Of a stretch of 64,000 bases of DNA, positions 19,022 through 29,106 are shown piece after piece. The first letter of the stretch is position 1. Each line of letters opens with the position of its first letter. Below the pieces are notes generated by a model that did not search any database, was not told the DNA's origin, and saw only the letters and a program-made list of their open reading frames with translations. The position numbers were made by a program, and so were the translations under genes. Origin of the DNA: Bacteriovoracaceae bacterium (GTDB taxonomy: Bacteria > Bdellovibrionota > Bacteriovoracia > Bacteriovoracales > Bacteriovoracaceae); the NCBI GenBank assembly GCA_965217035.1, contig OZ244226.1, positions 1,842,146 to 1,906,145 of the forward strand. Reading direction: 5' to 3'.

Positions 19022-20551
19022 TTGATGTTAAGATTAGCCATATTTCTTTTATTTTTTCAGTCGACTGCTTACAGTTATGTATTTGAGTTTGGTTATAATG
19101 TTGCACAAACAGACGTTGATCTTAGAGTCCATCACTTTTTTTATGACCAAGCAAAAGTAGAGGATTATATTATTGCGAATATGGCAGGAAAGGAGTCTTC
19201 AGAACAACGCTCTAAGAAAGCTACTGAGATAGCCTATCTTATCAAAAAAGTCGCAGATCACTTTCAAGTAGATCCTTTAATTTATCTTAGTTTAATAAGA
19301 ATGGAATCAGCTTTTTACTATACGAACAACCTCTCAAATTCGGGAGCTGTGGGACTTACTCAATTTGTTCAGATTGGACTTAAAGAAGTTTTTTCGCAAT
19401 TAGGTTTTTTAAGTGACTCAAATGCTCCTCGAAAGAGTATCGAATTCTTTCAGGAGGCTTATGAGGGTATGAGAAAGGAGATAAAAAGTAAGTTCTCTTT
19501 GATTTCATTCTCAGAACTGAAAGCGGTTTTGAAGTCCTATAATCTTAGTACTAAATCAGAACTTAAAAGTTTTAAATCGCTATTTAAGAACGATACACCT
19601 TTGCAGGTTATTTTTGGGGCAGTTTTTTTGAAAACCCTTGTTGGAAGACAATGTGATCGCCTTGGAAGGAGTTATTGTAGAGATAGGAGTATCCACTCTA
19701 GTCTATCTTTTAAAAATAAATTATTAAGTTTTTATAGAAAAGCTTTGATTGCATATAATGGAGAAAAAAAGCCTATTTCTTTCTGTTCTCACGAAGGAAA
19801 GATCTTATCAATCGAAAAAAATTTCATGCGCTTTTGCTATGCTGCTAAAATTGAAAAATGGGCTGAAGATCTTAATGAAAAAATGCAAAAGAATTTTGAG
19901 TCTTTTCAAAAAGAATTGAATTATATCTATATCCCAAGAATATTAGATCAGTTTTTTATTTTAAATGAATTTACGAACCAAACTGCTTATCACAAGAGAG
20001 TCAAGAAACATGAATCTTTAAAGTTAAAATCTTATAGTATGATTGAGTCTTGTGATGATTTTAATTTGAAAATGCCTTATTTTATGAAAGCTAATTCTAT
20101 TGACCCGGCTAGAGGAGTGCTTAAACAGTCAAGAAATTATTTGATCCCTCGTTGCATCTCAAAGGGTTCGAGTTTTGAGATTGAATCTCAGAAAGTTGAT
20201 GTTGAATTGAATTTTAATATAAATACAAAAGTTCTCACAAATATAGTACTGAAAAACGCTAATGAAGTTTTTAGTTATGGAGTTGAGCCAAAAGATAATC
20301 TAGAAATTCATTTTCTCCCACGGTTAAAAGATTTTTTAAAGAAAGATATTTTTATGAGTATAGACTATGTAAATATTCTTGATTCAACTATTGATGTCAG
20401 TAAGCTTAGTTCTGGGAATTTTGTATTTAAGGTTAAAGTAGAAGGGTTAGATCCAGTTAGTTTCGATTCTGTTTATTTTCAAGCGATATTGGATTATGAT
20501 TCGAAAAATCAAAAGTTCATAAATTTCCGTTCGTTAGAATCAGAGTTTTAA
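19022..20551 (+). CDS. Secreted lytic transglycosylase (SLT domain) with an unknown C-terminal region
   Basis: Signal peptide; LIRMESAF (catalytic Glu), SGAVGLTQ and ALIAYNG. Confidence 0.78.
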   Translation: MMLRLAIFLLFFQSTAYSYVFEFGYNVAQTDVDLRVHHFFYDQAKVEDYIIANMAGKESSEQRSKKATEIAYLIKKVADHFQVDPLIYLSLIRMESAFYYTNNLSNSGAVGLTQFVQIGLKEVFSQLGFLSDSNAPRKSIEFFQEAYEGMRKEIKSKFSLISFSELKAVLKSYNLSTKSELKSFKSLFKNDTPLQVIFGAVFLKTLVGRQCDRLGRSYCRDRSIHSSLSFKNKLLSFYRKALIAYNGEKKPISFCSHEGKILSIEKNFMRFCYAAKIEKWAEDLNEKMQKNFESFQKELNYIYIPRILDQFFILNEFTNQTAYHKRVKKHESLKLKSYSMIESCDDFNLKMPYFMKANSIDPARGVLKQSRNYLIPRCISKGSSFEIESQKVDVELNFNINTKVLTNIVLKNANEVFSYGVEPKDNLEIHFLPRLKDFLKKDIFMSIDYVNILDSTIDVSKLSSGNFVFKVKVEGLDPVSFDSVYFQAILDYDSKNQKFINFRSLESEF

Positions 20552-20555
20552 AGTG

Positions 20556-20579
20556 TGCCAAGGCTACTTGGCAGTTTTT
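20556..20579 (+). terminator. Putative intrinsic terminator
   Basis: TGCCAAG-GCTA-CTTGGCA-GTTTTT directly after the SLT stop codon. Confidence 0.55.
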
Positions 20580-20689
20580 AGCATGTTCAAAAATTTATCG
20601 AATTCCAATTATCGGTGTTAAATATCCGTTTTTACTCAAGAAGGCTTAGTTTCCAGCTATTTTACTCAGATATTTATTATTCTTATATT

Positions 20690-20938
20690 ATGCGATGGCT
20701 GGAGTTAAATCTCAACATTATTTATCTAAGTCTTTTGTTTTTACTCAGTTCACTGCTATTTATTGGGTGTTCTCAAGAAAAGAAGCTTCTTACCCAAGAA
20801 GATAATAATATTTCCAATGACAATCTTGGGAAGTTGCTTGTCGAAGTGATAATTTCACCTTTTACAGATGAAGTTAAATCGATTGTTGCAAAAGAACGGT
20901 CGTCGCTGAATAAGAACTGCAAAAGAGTTATGTTTTGA
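20690..20938 (+). CDS. Small putative lipoprotein (possibly a gene remnant)
   Basis: MRWLELNLNIIYLSLLFLLSSLLFIGC has a lipobox-like FIGC; no clear SD. Confidence 0.4.
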   Translation: MRWLELNLNIIYLSLLFLLSSLLFIGCSQEKKLLTQEDNNISNDNLGKLLVEVIISPFTDEVKSIVAKERSSLNKNCKRVMF

Positions 20939-21033
20939 ATACTGAAGAAAACTTAATATCATCAGTTTTCCTCGCCGGGGGCGGCGTTGGAAATATCCAC
21001 GGCAAATGCAGGGAGGCATTAAGAGAGCTGATC

Positions 21034-23688
21034 TCAGCTCATCAAGTTAGACAGGTTAGACTCTAGAGAGTCTAACCTGCTTTTAAAGTTAGCCGTTTTT
21101 TCTTTTACTTCTGCTATAACCTCATCTGGTGCATTTTCAATAAACTTCTCGTTGCTAAGCTTTTTCTCATTTTTATCGAGATCAACTTTAACTTTTTGGA
21201 TTTGTTTATTAAGGCGGGCAACTTCGTCTTCGATATTGATAAGATCAGCCACGGGTATAAAAATTTCAACTTCAGATGTAGCACCCATTATTGATTTTTT
21301 AGGACGATCTTCATCCTTGCCATAGACTTTCCCTTTTTTTACTTTTGCGAGTAGCTCAAGATACTTTCTATTTTCATAAATGAAGTCAGCAAGTTTCTTT
21401 TTGTTGGTGAAGAAAGAAACTTCAATTTCTTCTTTAGGCTTTAGTTGAACCGACGCTCTAAGATTCCTGATTTGAGTTGTGATCTCGATAAAAGAGTTCA
21501 TCATTTCTCTTTCTCTTTCGAAATCATATTCAGGGTTATGTTCAGGATAGGCTTGATTAATAATTTGTTTATCTTGATGGAGGTAAGACCAAAGTTCTTC
21601 AGTCATAAAAGGAGCAATAGGGTGAAGTAACTTCAAGATTTGTTCGAAGACATATCTCAAAATATTAGCTCTTTGTTTTTGGGCATCAAGATCTTCACCG
21701 TAAAATAAAGGCTTACAAAGTTCAATGAACCAAGAGCAATATTTGTCATAAACGAAGCTATAAATAACAGAACAAGCCTCATCAAAGCGATAAATTTCAA
21801 GATACTTGTTCATTTCAACAATAGTCTTATTAAGTTCTGCGAGAATCCACTTCTCAGAAGTATCAAGTTTACTCGGTTTGATTTGAAAATCTTTCCTTGT
21901 TTTCTTTAAAAACGGGTAAGAGAAACGAAAAGCATTCCAAATCTTATTAATATAGTTTCTAGAGGACTCGATGAGGGCAGGATCAAGATTCATTGCCCTA
22001 TTATGGCCACATCCAGAAGCGAGGGTGAATCTCATTGCATCAGCACCGTATTGTTCAATAACCTCGATAGGATCAATTCCATTTCCAAGAGACTTACTCA
22101 TCTTGCGGCCTTGCTTATCTCTGACTATTCCATGGATGTAAACATCTTTAAAAGGCGATTCTTCCGTAAATTGCAAACTCATCATGGACATCCGAGCAAC
22201 CCAGAAAAATATGATATCAAAACCGGTAACAAGAAGAGAGTTGGGAAAATATATTTGGTAACCTTTCTTTGTCATTTCTTCTTCGTTCGGCCATCCAAGT
22301 GTACTCATTGGCCAAAGGCCTGAACTAAACCAAGTATCAAGAACATCAGGATCTTGCTCTAGTGAAACAGATTCACACTTAGGGCATTGCTTTGGTTCAA
22401 ATTCCGCGGCAAATTCATAGCTACAATCATTGCAAGTGTATACAGGGATACGGTGACCCCACCAAAGTTGTCGAGAAAGACACCAGTCTCTTGGTTCATT
22501 TAGCCAGCTAAAGAAAGTATTTTCCCATTGCTTAGGGATAAAATTCATTTTCCCTTTCTTTACAGACTTAACTGCTCTTTTAGCCATTTCCTGGACATTT
22601 AAAAACCATTGCTTGCTGACCATCGGTTCAATGACAGAGTCAGACCTTTCACCAAAACCAACTTGATGAATATGATCCTTTACTTCAACAAGAAGTTCTG
22701 ACTCTTCAAGCAGTTCAATAGTCTTTTTTCGAGCTTCTTTAGCATTAAGTCCTTCTACAGCCTTTGCATTTTCATTAAGAGTTCCATCTTTATTAAGAAT
22801 ATTAATAATCGGAAGTTCGTGACGTTTTCCTATCTCAAAGTCGTTAAAGTCGTGACCAGGAGTAACCTTAAGACAACCTGTACCGAGTTCTATATCAACA
22901 TAACTATCTCCAACGATAGGAACTTCTCTCTCACAAATTGGAATGATCGCCGTTTGCCCAATGAGATCAGAGAATCTTTTATCTTTCGGATTTACTGCAA
23001 CGGCTGTGTCTCCATAAAGTGTTTCGGGTCTTGTTGTTGCGACTTCTAGTACTTGATCACTATCTTTTACTTTGTAGTGAATATGATAAAACTTTCCTTT
23101 AACTTCTTTATGCTCTACTTCTGCATCTGAAATCGCTGACTGGAGAGTTGTATCCCAATTGATAATTCTTTCTGATTGATAAATAAGTCCTTCTCTATAA
23201 AGCTGAGCAAAAACTTTTCTAACGGCACGGTTAGGGGTCTCATCCATTGTGAAGGTATAATAGTTCCAGTCGCAACTTGCTCCAATCTTCTCAAGCTGCT
23301 TTCTAATTGTTGTTGCGTACTCTTCTTTCCATTCCCAAATTTTTTCAAGGAACTGTTTTCTTCCGAGGTCATGCTTTGTTTTTTTCTCTTCTTGATAAAG
23401 TCTTTTTTCAACAACGGCTTGGGTTGCAATTCCTGCATGATCAGATCCTGGGATCCAAAGAGTGTTGTATCCTTGCATTCTCTTATGGCGAACAACGATG
23501 TCTTGGCAGGTATTATCAAGGGCATGCCCCATATGAAGTTTTCCGGTAACATTAGGGGGAGGCATGATGATAGAGAATGACTTTGTTTTAGTTTTGTCAG
23601 GTGTGAAACAACTATTTTTTAACCAGGTTTCATACCATTTCGTTTCGATGTTTTGTGGGTCGTAATTTTTTTCGATTTCTTGACTCAT
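21034..23688 (-). CDS. valS: Valine--tRNA ligase
   Basis: PPPNVTG.LHMGHA, DHAGIATQ, ATTRPET, DWCLSRQLWWGH, DVLDTWFSS, KMSKS and C-terminal coiled coil. Confidence 0.98.
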   Translation of the reverse strand: MSQEIEKNYDPQNIETKWYETWLKNSCFTPDKTKTKSFSIIMPPPNVTGKLHMGHALDNTCQDIVVRHKRMQGYNTLWIPGSDHAGIATQAVVEKRLYQEEKKTKHDLGRKQFLEKIWEWKEEYATTIRKQLEKIGASCDWNYYTFTMDETPNRAVRKVFAQLYREGLIYQSERIINWDTTLQSAISDAEVEHKEVKGKFYHIHYKVKDSDQVLEVATTRPETLYGDTAVAVNPKDKRFSDLIGQTAIIPICEREVPIVGDSYVDIELGTGCLKVTPGHDFNDFEIGKRHELPIINILNKDGTLNENAKAVEGLNAKEARKKTIELLEESELLVEVKDHIHQVGFGERSDSVIEPMVSKQWFLNVQEMAKRAVKSVKKGKMNFIPKQWENTFFSWLNEPRDWCLSRQLWWGHRIPVYTCNDCSYEFAAEFEPKQCPKCESVSLEQDPDVLDTWFSSGLWPMSTLGWPNEEEMTKKGYQIYFPNSLLVTGFDIIFFWVARMSMMSLQFTEESPFKDVYIHGIVRDKQGRKMSKSLGNGIDPIEVIEQYGADAMRFTLASGCGHNRAMNLDPALIESSRNYINKIWNAFRFSYPFLKKTRKDFQIKPSKLDTSEKWILAELNKTIVEMNKYLEIYRFDEACSVIYSFVYDKYCSWFIELCKPLFYGEDLDAQKQRANILRYVFEQILKLLHPIAPFMTEELWSYLHQDKQIINQAYPEHNPEYDFEREREMMNSFIEITTQIRNLRASVQLKPKEEIEVSFFTNKKKLADFIYENRKYLELLAKVKKGKVYGKDEDRPKKSIMGATSEVEIFIPVADLINIEDEVARLNKQIQKVKVDLDKNEKKLSNEKFIENAPDEVIAEVKEKTANFKSRLDSLESNLSNLMS

Positions 23689-23697
23689 AATTTAGAC

Positions 23698-24996
23698 CTA
23701 ATTGAATAGTTTTTTTATTTCTTCCTCAAACTTATCGATTGCAATATCAACTTGGCGTTTGCTTTCAAGTTCTTTAAGTGAAACTTGGTTCTCTGTTTCT
23801 CCAAGAACTAACATATATTGATACCCTTTCTTTTGAGCAATTTTGAAAGCTTTGTTGAACTTCAATGGCTGCAATGATGTTTCTGTTGAAACATTATTTT
23901 TTCTAAGAACCTGAGAAAGTCTTAATGCCTCCTCTATACTATCTTCATGAGGATAAGCTACAAATAAAGTCGCATGAGTTTTTGAGAAGTCAGGCATTAA
24001 GCCATGAGTTCTCAAAAAATCAGTCAAGGTGACATCTCCTAAGCCGAATCCTACTGCGGCAAGTGGTTGTTCATTGAAGATTTGAAGAAGGTTGGCATAG
24101 GCTCCACCTCCACAAAGAGCTCTTCTGTTGTCAGGATGCTTATCAAAAACTTCGAAAACAATTCCTGTGTAGTAATCTAAGCCTCTTACGATAGTTGGAT
24201 CATAGACAAGGTAGCTTTCAAGATCTGAACCTTTGGTTTTTTCTAGAAAACTTTGAATCCTCGAAGTTTTATTGGCAATATTATGGGTTGTTACAAATTT
24301 AAGAAGTTCATCAAAAGATTTAAGCTTGAGATAGTCACTGAGAATTTCAGGGTTAGATCCAATCGCTTCATTGATCATTTTCTCTAAAGCATCTTTTTTA
24401 ACTTTTTTGGCTTTATCGATAACTTTAAAAAGTTTGTAACTTTGGTCTTCTGTAAGATCAAGAGAGTCAAGAACAGCAGTTACGATATCCCGATCATTAA
24501 GGAGAATTTCAAAATGTTCATGATTAGCGCCAAAGCTAGTCATAAGGTCTTTAACAACATTAAGAATTTCGATTTCACCAAGAACTTCAGGGGCTCCAAA
24601 GATATCACAGTTGAATTGCCAATGTTCTCTGAGTCGACCTTTTTGGGGCTTTTCATATCTCATAAGGTTTGGAATTGAGTACCAACGGATTGGCTTGGGA
24701 GCCTCTTTATGAATTTGGGCCACCATTCGAGCGACTGTCGGGGTCATCTCGGGGCGGATAGCAACGAATCGGTCACCACGATCAGTGAAAGAATAAATCT
24801 GGTCATTAATCAGTTCTTCGCCTGATTTTGCTTTATACAAATCCACGAGTTCAAGCATTGGTCCATCGTAGGGCTCATAGGCGTAAAGCATAGCAGTTTG
24901 TCGCATATGGCTAAAAAGATAATCTTGTTCTCTCTTCTGGGTAGGGAAGAAGTCTCTGCACCCTTTATAGGGTTGTTTCGATAGTGATGAACTCAT
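23698..24996 (-). CDS. hisS: Histidine--tRNA ligase
   Basis: KG.RDF, RPEMT, RYEKPQKGRLREH.Q, RGLDYYTG, GGG.Y and AVGFGLG. Confidence 0.97.
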   Translation of the reverse strand: MSSSLSKQPYKGCRDFFPTQKREQDYLFSHMRQTAMLYAYEPYDGPMLELVDLYKAKSGEELINDQIYSFTDRGDRFVAIRPEMTPTVARMVAQIHKEAPKPIRWYSIPNLMRYEKPQKGRLREHWQFNCDIFGAPEVLGEIEILNVVKDLMTSFGANHEHFEILLNDRDIVTAVLDSLDLTEDQSYKLFKVIDKAKKVKKDALEKMINEAIGSNPEILSDYLKLKSFDELLKFVTTHNIANKTSRIQSFLEKTKGSDLESYLVYDPTIVRGLDYYTGIVFEVFDKHPDNRRALCGGGAYANLLQIFNEQPLAAVGFGLGDVTLTDFLRTHGLMPDFSKTHATLFVAYPHEDSIEEALRLSQVLRKNNVSTETSLQPLKFNKAFKIAQKKGYQYMLVLGETENQVSLKELESKRQVDIAIDKFEEEIKKLFN

Positions 24997-25150
24997 CCGC
25001 TCATACTAGCTTATTGAGCGGAAAATAGGTACCCCAAAACCACTCTAGATGATTGAAATCGTAGGCCCTTTTTGCTAAAACCACCTAAATATTCGGAGGT
25101 TTGAATCCTCCCTGAAATGATTCAGAAACAAACTCTAAAAAGGAGTCCCT

Positions 25151-27868
25151 ATGGGGAGCCAAAGAAATCCGTATGCTTCGTTTCTCGAAGACGTATTAAA
25201 ACCAGCAAGATATATCGGTGGTGAACATTATCTCGTCAAGAAAGACTGGGATGATTGTATTGGCAAAGTCGCTCTTTGTTTTCCTGATGTTTATGAAATA
25301 GGGATGAGTCATCTCGGTTTTAAGATTCTTTATGAAGAGATTAATAAAACTCCAGGGTTGTTAGCTGAGAGGTGTTTTACTCCTTGGATGGATATGGAGC
25401 AGAAGATTCGAGATAATAATCTTGAGCTTGTTTCATTGGAAAGTTTTAAACCGCTTAGAGAGTTCGATATTGTTGGTTTTTCTCTTCAATATGAAATGAG
25501 TTATACCAATATCCTCACGATGCTTGATCTAGGTGGAATTTCAATCTTTCAAAAAGATCGAACTAATGAAGAGCCTTTTGTTATTGCTGGTGGACCTTGT
25601 GCGACTCATCCTGAACCACTTGCACCATTTTGTGATTTCTTTGTGATTGGAGATGGGGAAATTCTTTTCGCAAAGTTGACTCAATTCATTGGTGAATGTC
25701 GCGAGAATAAAATGAGCAGACAAGATATTCTTGTAGAGCTCGCGAAATGGAATGGAATTTATATTCCTTCATTTTATGAAACGGAAGTCGATGAACTTAC
25801 AAACCTTGAAGTTGTATCTGGTGTTAAGTCAGAATATGAGGGGATTGCACCTGAGCGTGCTAAGCGGTTTATAATCGACGATTTAAGAGGCTATCCGTTC
25901 CCAACGAAATCTCCAATCCCACATATGACAGCTATCTTTGATCGTTTTTCAGTTGAACTTGCGAGAGGGTGTACGGAAGGTTGTCGTTTTTGTCAGGCGG
26001 GTATGATCTACCGACCAGTTAGAGAGAGATCTCCGAAAGATGTCATCGATATTGTTATGGATGGAATTAAGGCTGGTGGTTTTGATGAAGCTTCCTTGAC
26101 TTGTCTATCAACGGCGGATTATTCAGCTGTTACTCCATTGGTTGTTGAACTGCTTGATAAGCTTTCAAAAGATAAATCGACTTTAGGAATTAGTTCGTTA
26201 CGAGCCTATGGTCTTGATAAAAGAATCCTTGATAAACTGGCTGAAGTTAAAAATTCTTCTTTAACTTTCGCTCCTGAAGCAGGAACGGAAAGAATGAGAG
26301 ACGTTATTAATAAAAACATCTCAGAAGAAGATATGATGCAAACAGCTCGTGATGTTTTTTCTAGAGGCTGGAAGAAAATGAAATTGTATTTCATGATTGG
26401 CCTTCCTACTGAAGCAGATGAAGACGTTATTGGAATTATGGATACTGGGAGAAAAGCTCGAACAGTCGCTCAAAAAGAGTGTGGAGTCCGAAACCCAGAA
26501 GTCACGGTTTCAGTTTCTACATTTGTTCCAAAACCACATACTCCTTTTCAATGGGCTCCTATGCTGACACTTGAAGAAGTCAATAGAAAGCAACAAATGC
26601 TTTGGGAAAAAGCCAAAGAATGGAAGTTAAAATTTAGAAAACATACATCTCGAATTTCTGTTCTTGAAGGAATTGTTTCAAGAGGAGATAGAAGAATTGG
26701 TCAATTAATCTTTGAAGCATGGGCCGAAGGTGCTCGCTTTGATGGATGGGATGAAGCTTTTGATTATGAACTTTGGATGAGAAAAGTAGAGGAGTTAGAT
26801 GTTCCCGTAGAGTCTATTGTTGGGACGATTCCATTAAAAGGTCGTTTACCTTGGGACCATATTGATGTTGGTCTTAAAGAAAAGTTTCTTGAAAGAGAAT
26901 GGTTAAAAGCAACGAAAAACAGACTTTCTCCCCCTTGTGGAAAAGTTGCTGGTGATATTGTCCATGATTCAAACCTTGAGCAACTTGAGAAAAAATTTGA
27001 TATCGATAAAAAGAGACTCGTTTGCTATCACTGCGGAATTGAATGTGACCTTAAGGGAATGGTTGAAGAGCGCCGAGACTATTTAACCGAGATGGGAGCA
27101 GTTGAAGATAAACCCTATGAAGCCCCCATTAAACTCAAAAAAGACATCCTTGATTTTAGAGAGAAGAGGGGACAGTTTGTTGGTTCTAAATATCGAATTG
27201 AGCTTTCTAAGATTGGTCCGTTAAGTTTTATTGGCCACTTGGATTTACAAAAGATCATTATGCGTATTTTTAAAAGAGCTGAGATCGAACTCCTTTATTC
27301 TGAAGGGTATAAACTAAGACCTTTAATTTCTTTTGGTCCAGCGCTTGCTCTTGGAGTTAGTAGCTTAAGTGAATATTTTGATGTTCGTGTTCCCAGAGAA
27401 TGGGATGATATTAATACTGTTTTAGAAAGTCTTCAAAAGAACTCAGAAGCGGGTTTAATTTTTAGATCGGCCAGACTTCTTGAAAGAGAAGAAAGCTCTA
27501 TTCAGAAGTCTCTTGTCGGGATGAAGTATTTTGTTCCACTCAAAGAAGAGGTTAGCGATGCGAATTTGAAAGACTTTACTGAAACTAAAGAGATTATTCT
27601 TTCTTCTTTCTCTAAGAAAAAGAAGAAACATATTGAAAAGGATATTAAACCTTATATTACGACAATAAAGGCTGCTCAATTTGATTATGATCCAACTGTT
27701 TTAGATCTAATCGATGAGGTAAATCCAGTTAAGGGGATGCCTGGTCTCGAAGTTTCTGTAGAGATGATTAATGGATCAACAATTCGACCAAGAGAAATCG
27801 TTCAAGCATTAAGCTTAAAAGGGATTCAAGCGGAGCGACCGATTAAAGTAGAAACTGTCTTAAACTAA
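25151..27868 (+). CDS. TIGR03960-type radical SAM protein fused to a TIGR03936/DUF2344 domain
   Basis: KPARYIGGE, FPDVYEIGMSHLG, CxxxCxxC (RGCTEGCRFC), TFAPEAG, LPWDHI; C-terminal GHLD...YSEG..RP.ISFGPAL.LG. Confidence 0.9.
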   Translation: MGSQRNPYASFLEDVLKPARYIGGEHYLVKKDWDDCIGKVALCFPDVYEIGMSHLGFKILYEEINKTPGLLAERCFTPWMDMEQKIRDNNLELVSLESFKPLREFDIVGFSLQYEMSYTNILTMLDLGGISIFQKDRTNEEPFVIAGGPCATHPEPLAPFCDFFVIGDGEILFAKLTQFIGECRENKMSRQDILVELAKWNGIYIPSFYETEVDELTNLEVVSGVKSEYEGIAPERAKRFIIDDLRGYPFPTKSPIPHMTAIFDRFSVELARGCTEGCRFCQAGMIYRPVRERSPKDVIDIVMDGIKAGGFDEASLTCLSTADYSAVTPLVVELLDKLSKDKSTLGISSLRAYGLDKRILDKLAEVKNSSLTFAPEAGTERMRDVINKNISEEDMMQTARDVFSRGWKKMKLYFMIGLPTEADEDVIGIMDTGRKARTVAQKECGVRNPEVTVSVSTFVPKPHTPFQWAPMLTLEEVNRKQQMLWEKAKEWKLKFRKHTSRISVLEGIVSRGDRRIGQLIFEAWAEGARFDGWDEAFDYELWMRKVEELDVPVESIVGTIPLKGRLPWDHIDVGLKEKFLEREWLKATKNRLSPPCGKVAGDIVHDSNLEQLEKKFDIDKKRLVCYHCGIECDLKGMVEERRDYLTEMGAVEDKPYEAPIKLKKDILDFREKRGQFVGSKYRIELSKIGPLSFIGHLDLQKIIMRIFKRAEIELLYSEGYKLRPLISFGPALALGVSSLSEYFDVRVPREWDDINTVLESLQKNSEAGLIFRSARLLEREESSIQKSLVGMKYFVPLKEEVSDANLKDFTETKEIILSSFSKKKKKHIEKDIKPYITTIKAAQFDYDPTVLDLIDEVNPVKGMPGLEVSVEMINGSTIRPREIVQALSLKGIQAERPIKVETVLN

Positions 27869-29106
27869 GCACTTCGCTTAAGAAGACTCTTCGGAATCTT
27901 GATGTCGAATTTCGTATTCTCGCATTCGTAATCATATTCGAGTTCTGCTTTTTGAGATTTGAGTAATCCTTTAGAAATACTAAGGCCTAAACCTGTGCCT
28001 TGACCAATATCTTTAGTTGTAAAAAACGGATCCATGATTTTGCTAGCAATTTTGTGAGAGATTCCATTTCCAGAGTCGATAACTGATACAATGAAGTATT
28101 CAGAAGTTTCTTCTGACTTTATTTCAACCCATCTCTCATCCTCTTTTTTAATAGCGTCACAGGAGTTACCCACGAGGTTGATTAAAACCTGTGAAAGTTC
28201 ACCAGGATGACAAAAAATTTCAATACTTTTATCAATATTGATAATAATTTCAGCTCCCGATTCTTTTATCTTTGAGGATACGATTGAAAGTGAATCATCT
28301 AAAATTTCGTTGAGATTAGAAGGTTTAAGAGCCTCAGAAGATTCGTCTCTTGAGATTTTTCTTAAACTATCGATAATATTTTTTATTCTTTTTCCTGTTT
28401 TATCAATTGTTTCGAATGAACTTGCTAGTTTGTCGATTTCTTTTTTCTCTAAGAGTTTTTTATTAACTTGATTATGACTTAATATGATTGCCAACGGATT
28501 ATTTATTTCATGGGCCATCCCAGCAGCGAAAAGTCCCATACTCGAAAGTTTTGCGGACTGAACAATTTGTTCATGTTGTTGTTTTATAAGTGAATTTTGA
28601 TGAGAAATTTTTTGATGACTTCTTCTCAGTTCTAATTGATGAACTATTTGTCTGGCTAAGACTTCTATCGCTTTGATTTGATTGACTGAAAGTTGTCGTG
28701 GCTTATGATCGACGATGCACAAGCTTCCTATGTTATAACCATTGGGAGTTTTTAAAGGTGTCCCTGCATAGAAGATGACAGGAGGGTCAGCAAGAGTCAT
28801 TGGATTGTCATGAAAACGTTCATCCTGTCTAGAATCATTAATAATAAGTGAAGCTTCTTGAGTGATTGAGTGAGCACAAAAGGCAATATCTCTTTCGCAT
28901 TCTCCTTGTTCTCCTCCATAGACAGATTTAAACCAAACTCTATCACTATCGATAAGGTTGATCATTGCGATTGGAGCATCACAAATTGAAGCTGCGAGAT
29001 GAGTGATATCATCATAAGACATTTCAGGTTCGGTATCGAGAACGTCAAAAGAGTAAAGATCTTCAAGTCTCAGTCTTTCGTTTGAAGGAATCATTGGTTT
29101 AATCAT
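27865..29106 (-). CDS. Cytoplasmic GAF-domain sensor histidine kinase
   Basis: GAF motifs (LDTEPE, FCAH, FYAG.PL, GSLCIVD), H-box AHEINNPL, N-box, DSGNG, PFFTTK and GTGLGL. Confidence 0.93.
   Translation of the reverse strand: MIKPMIPSNERLRLEDLYSFDVLDTEPEMSYDDITHLAASICDAPIAMINLIDSDRVWFKSVYGGEQGECERDIAFCAHSITQEASLIINDSRQDERFHDNPMTLADPPVIFYAGTPLKTPNGYNIGSLCIVDHKPRQLSVNQIKAIEVLARQIVHQLELRRSHQKISHQNSLIKQQHEQIVQSAKLSSMGLFAAGMAHEINNPLAIILSHNQVNKKLLEKKEIDKLASSFETIDKTGKRIKNIIDSLRKISRDESSEALKPSNLNEILDDSLSIVSSKIKESGAEIIINIDKSIEIFCHPGELSQVLINLVGNSCDAIKKEDERWVEIKSEETSEYFIVSVIDSGNGISHKIASKIMDPFFTTKDIGQGTGLGLSISKGLLKSQKAELEYDYECENTKFDIKIPKSLLKRSA

Noticed and set aside
20608..20637. Antisense sigma-28-like promoter (TAAA-N14-ACCGATAA) facing the SLT gene
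   Set aside because: The spacer is one base short and there is no downstream gene on that strand; could be chance in AT-rich DNA.
25040..25125. tRNA gene around the T-arm-like hairpin
   Set aside because: No acceptor stem, D-arm, anticodon arm or CCA.
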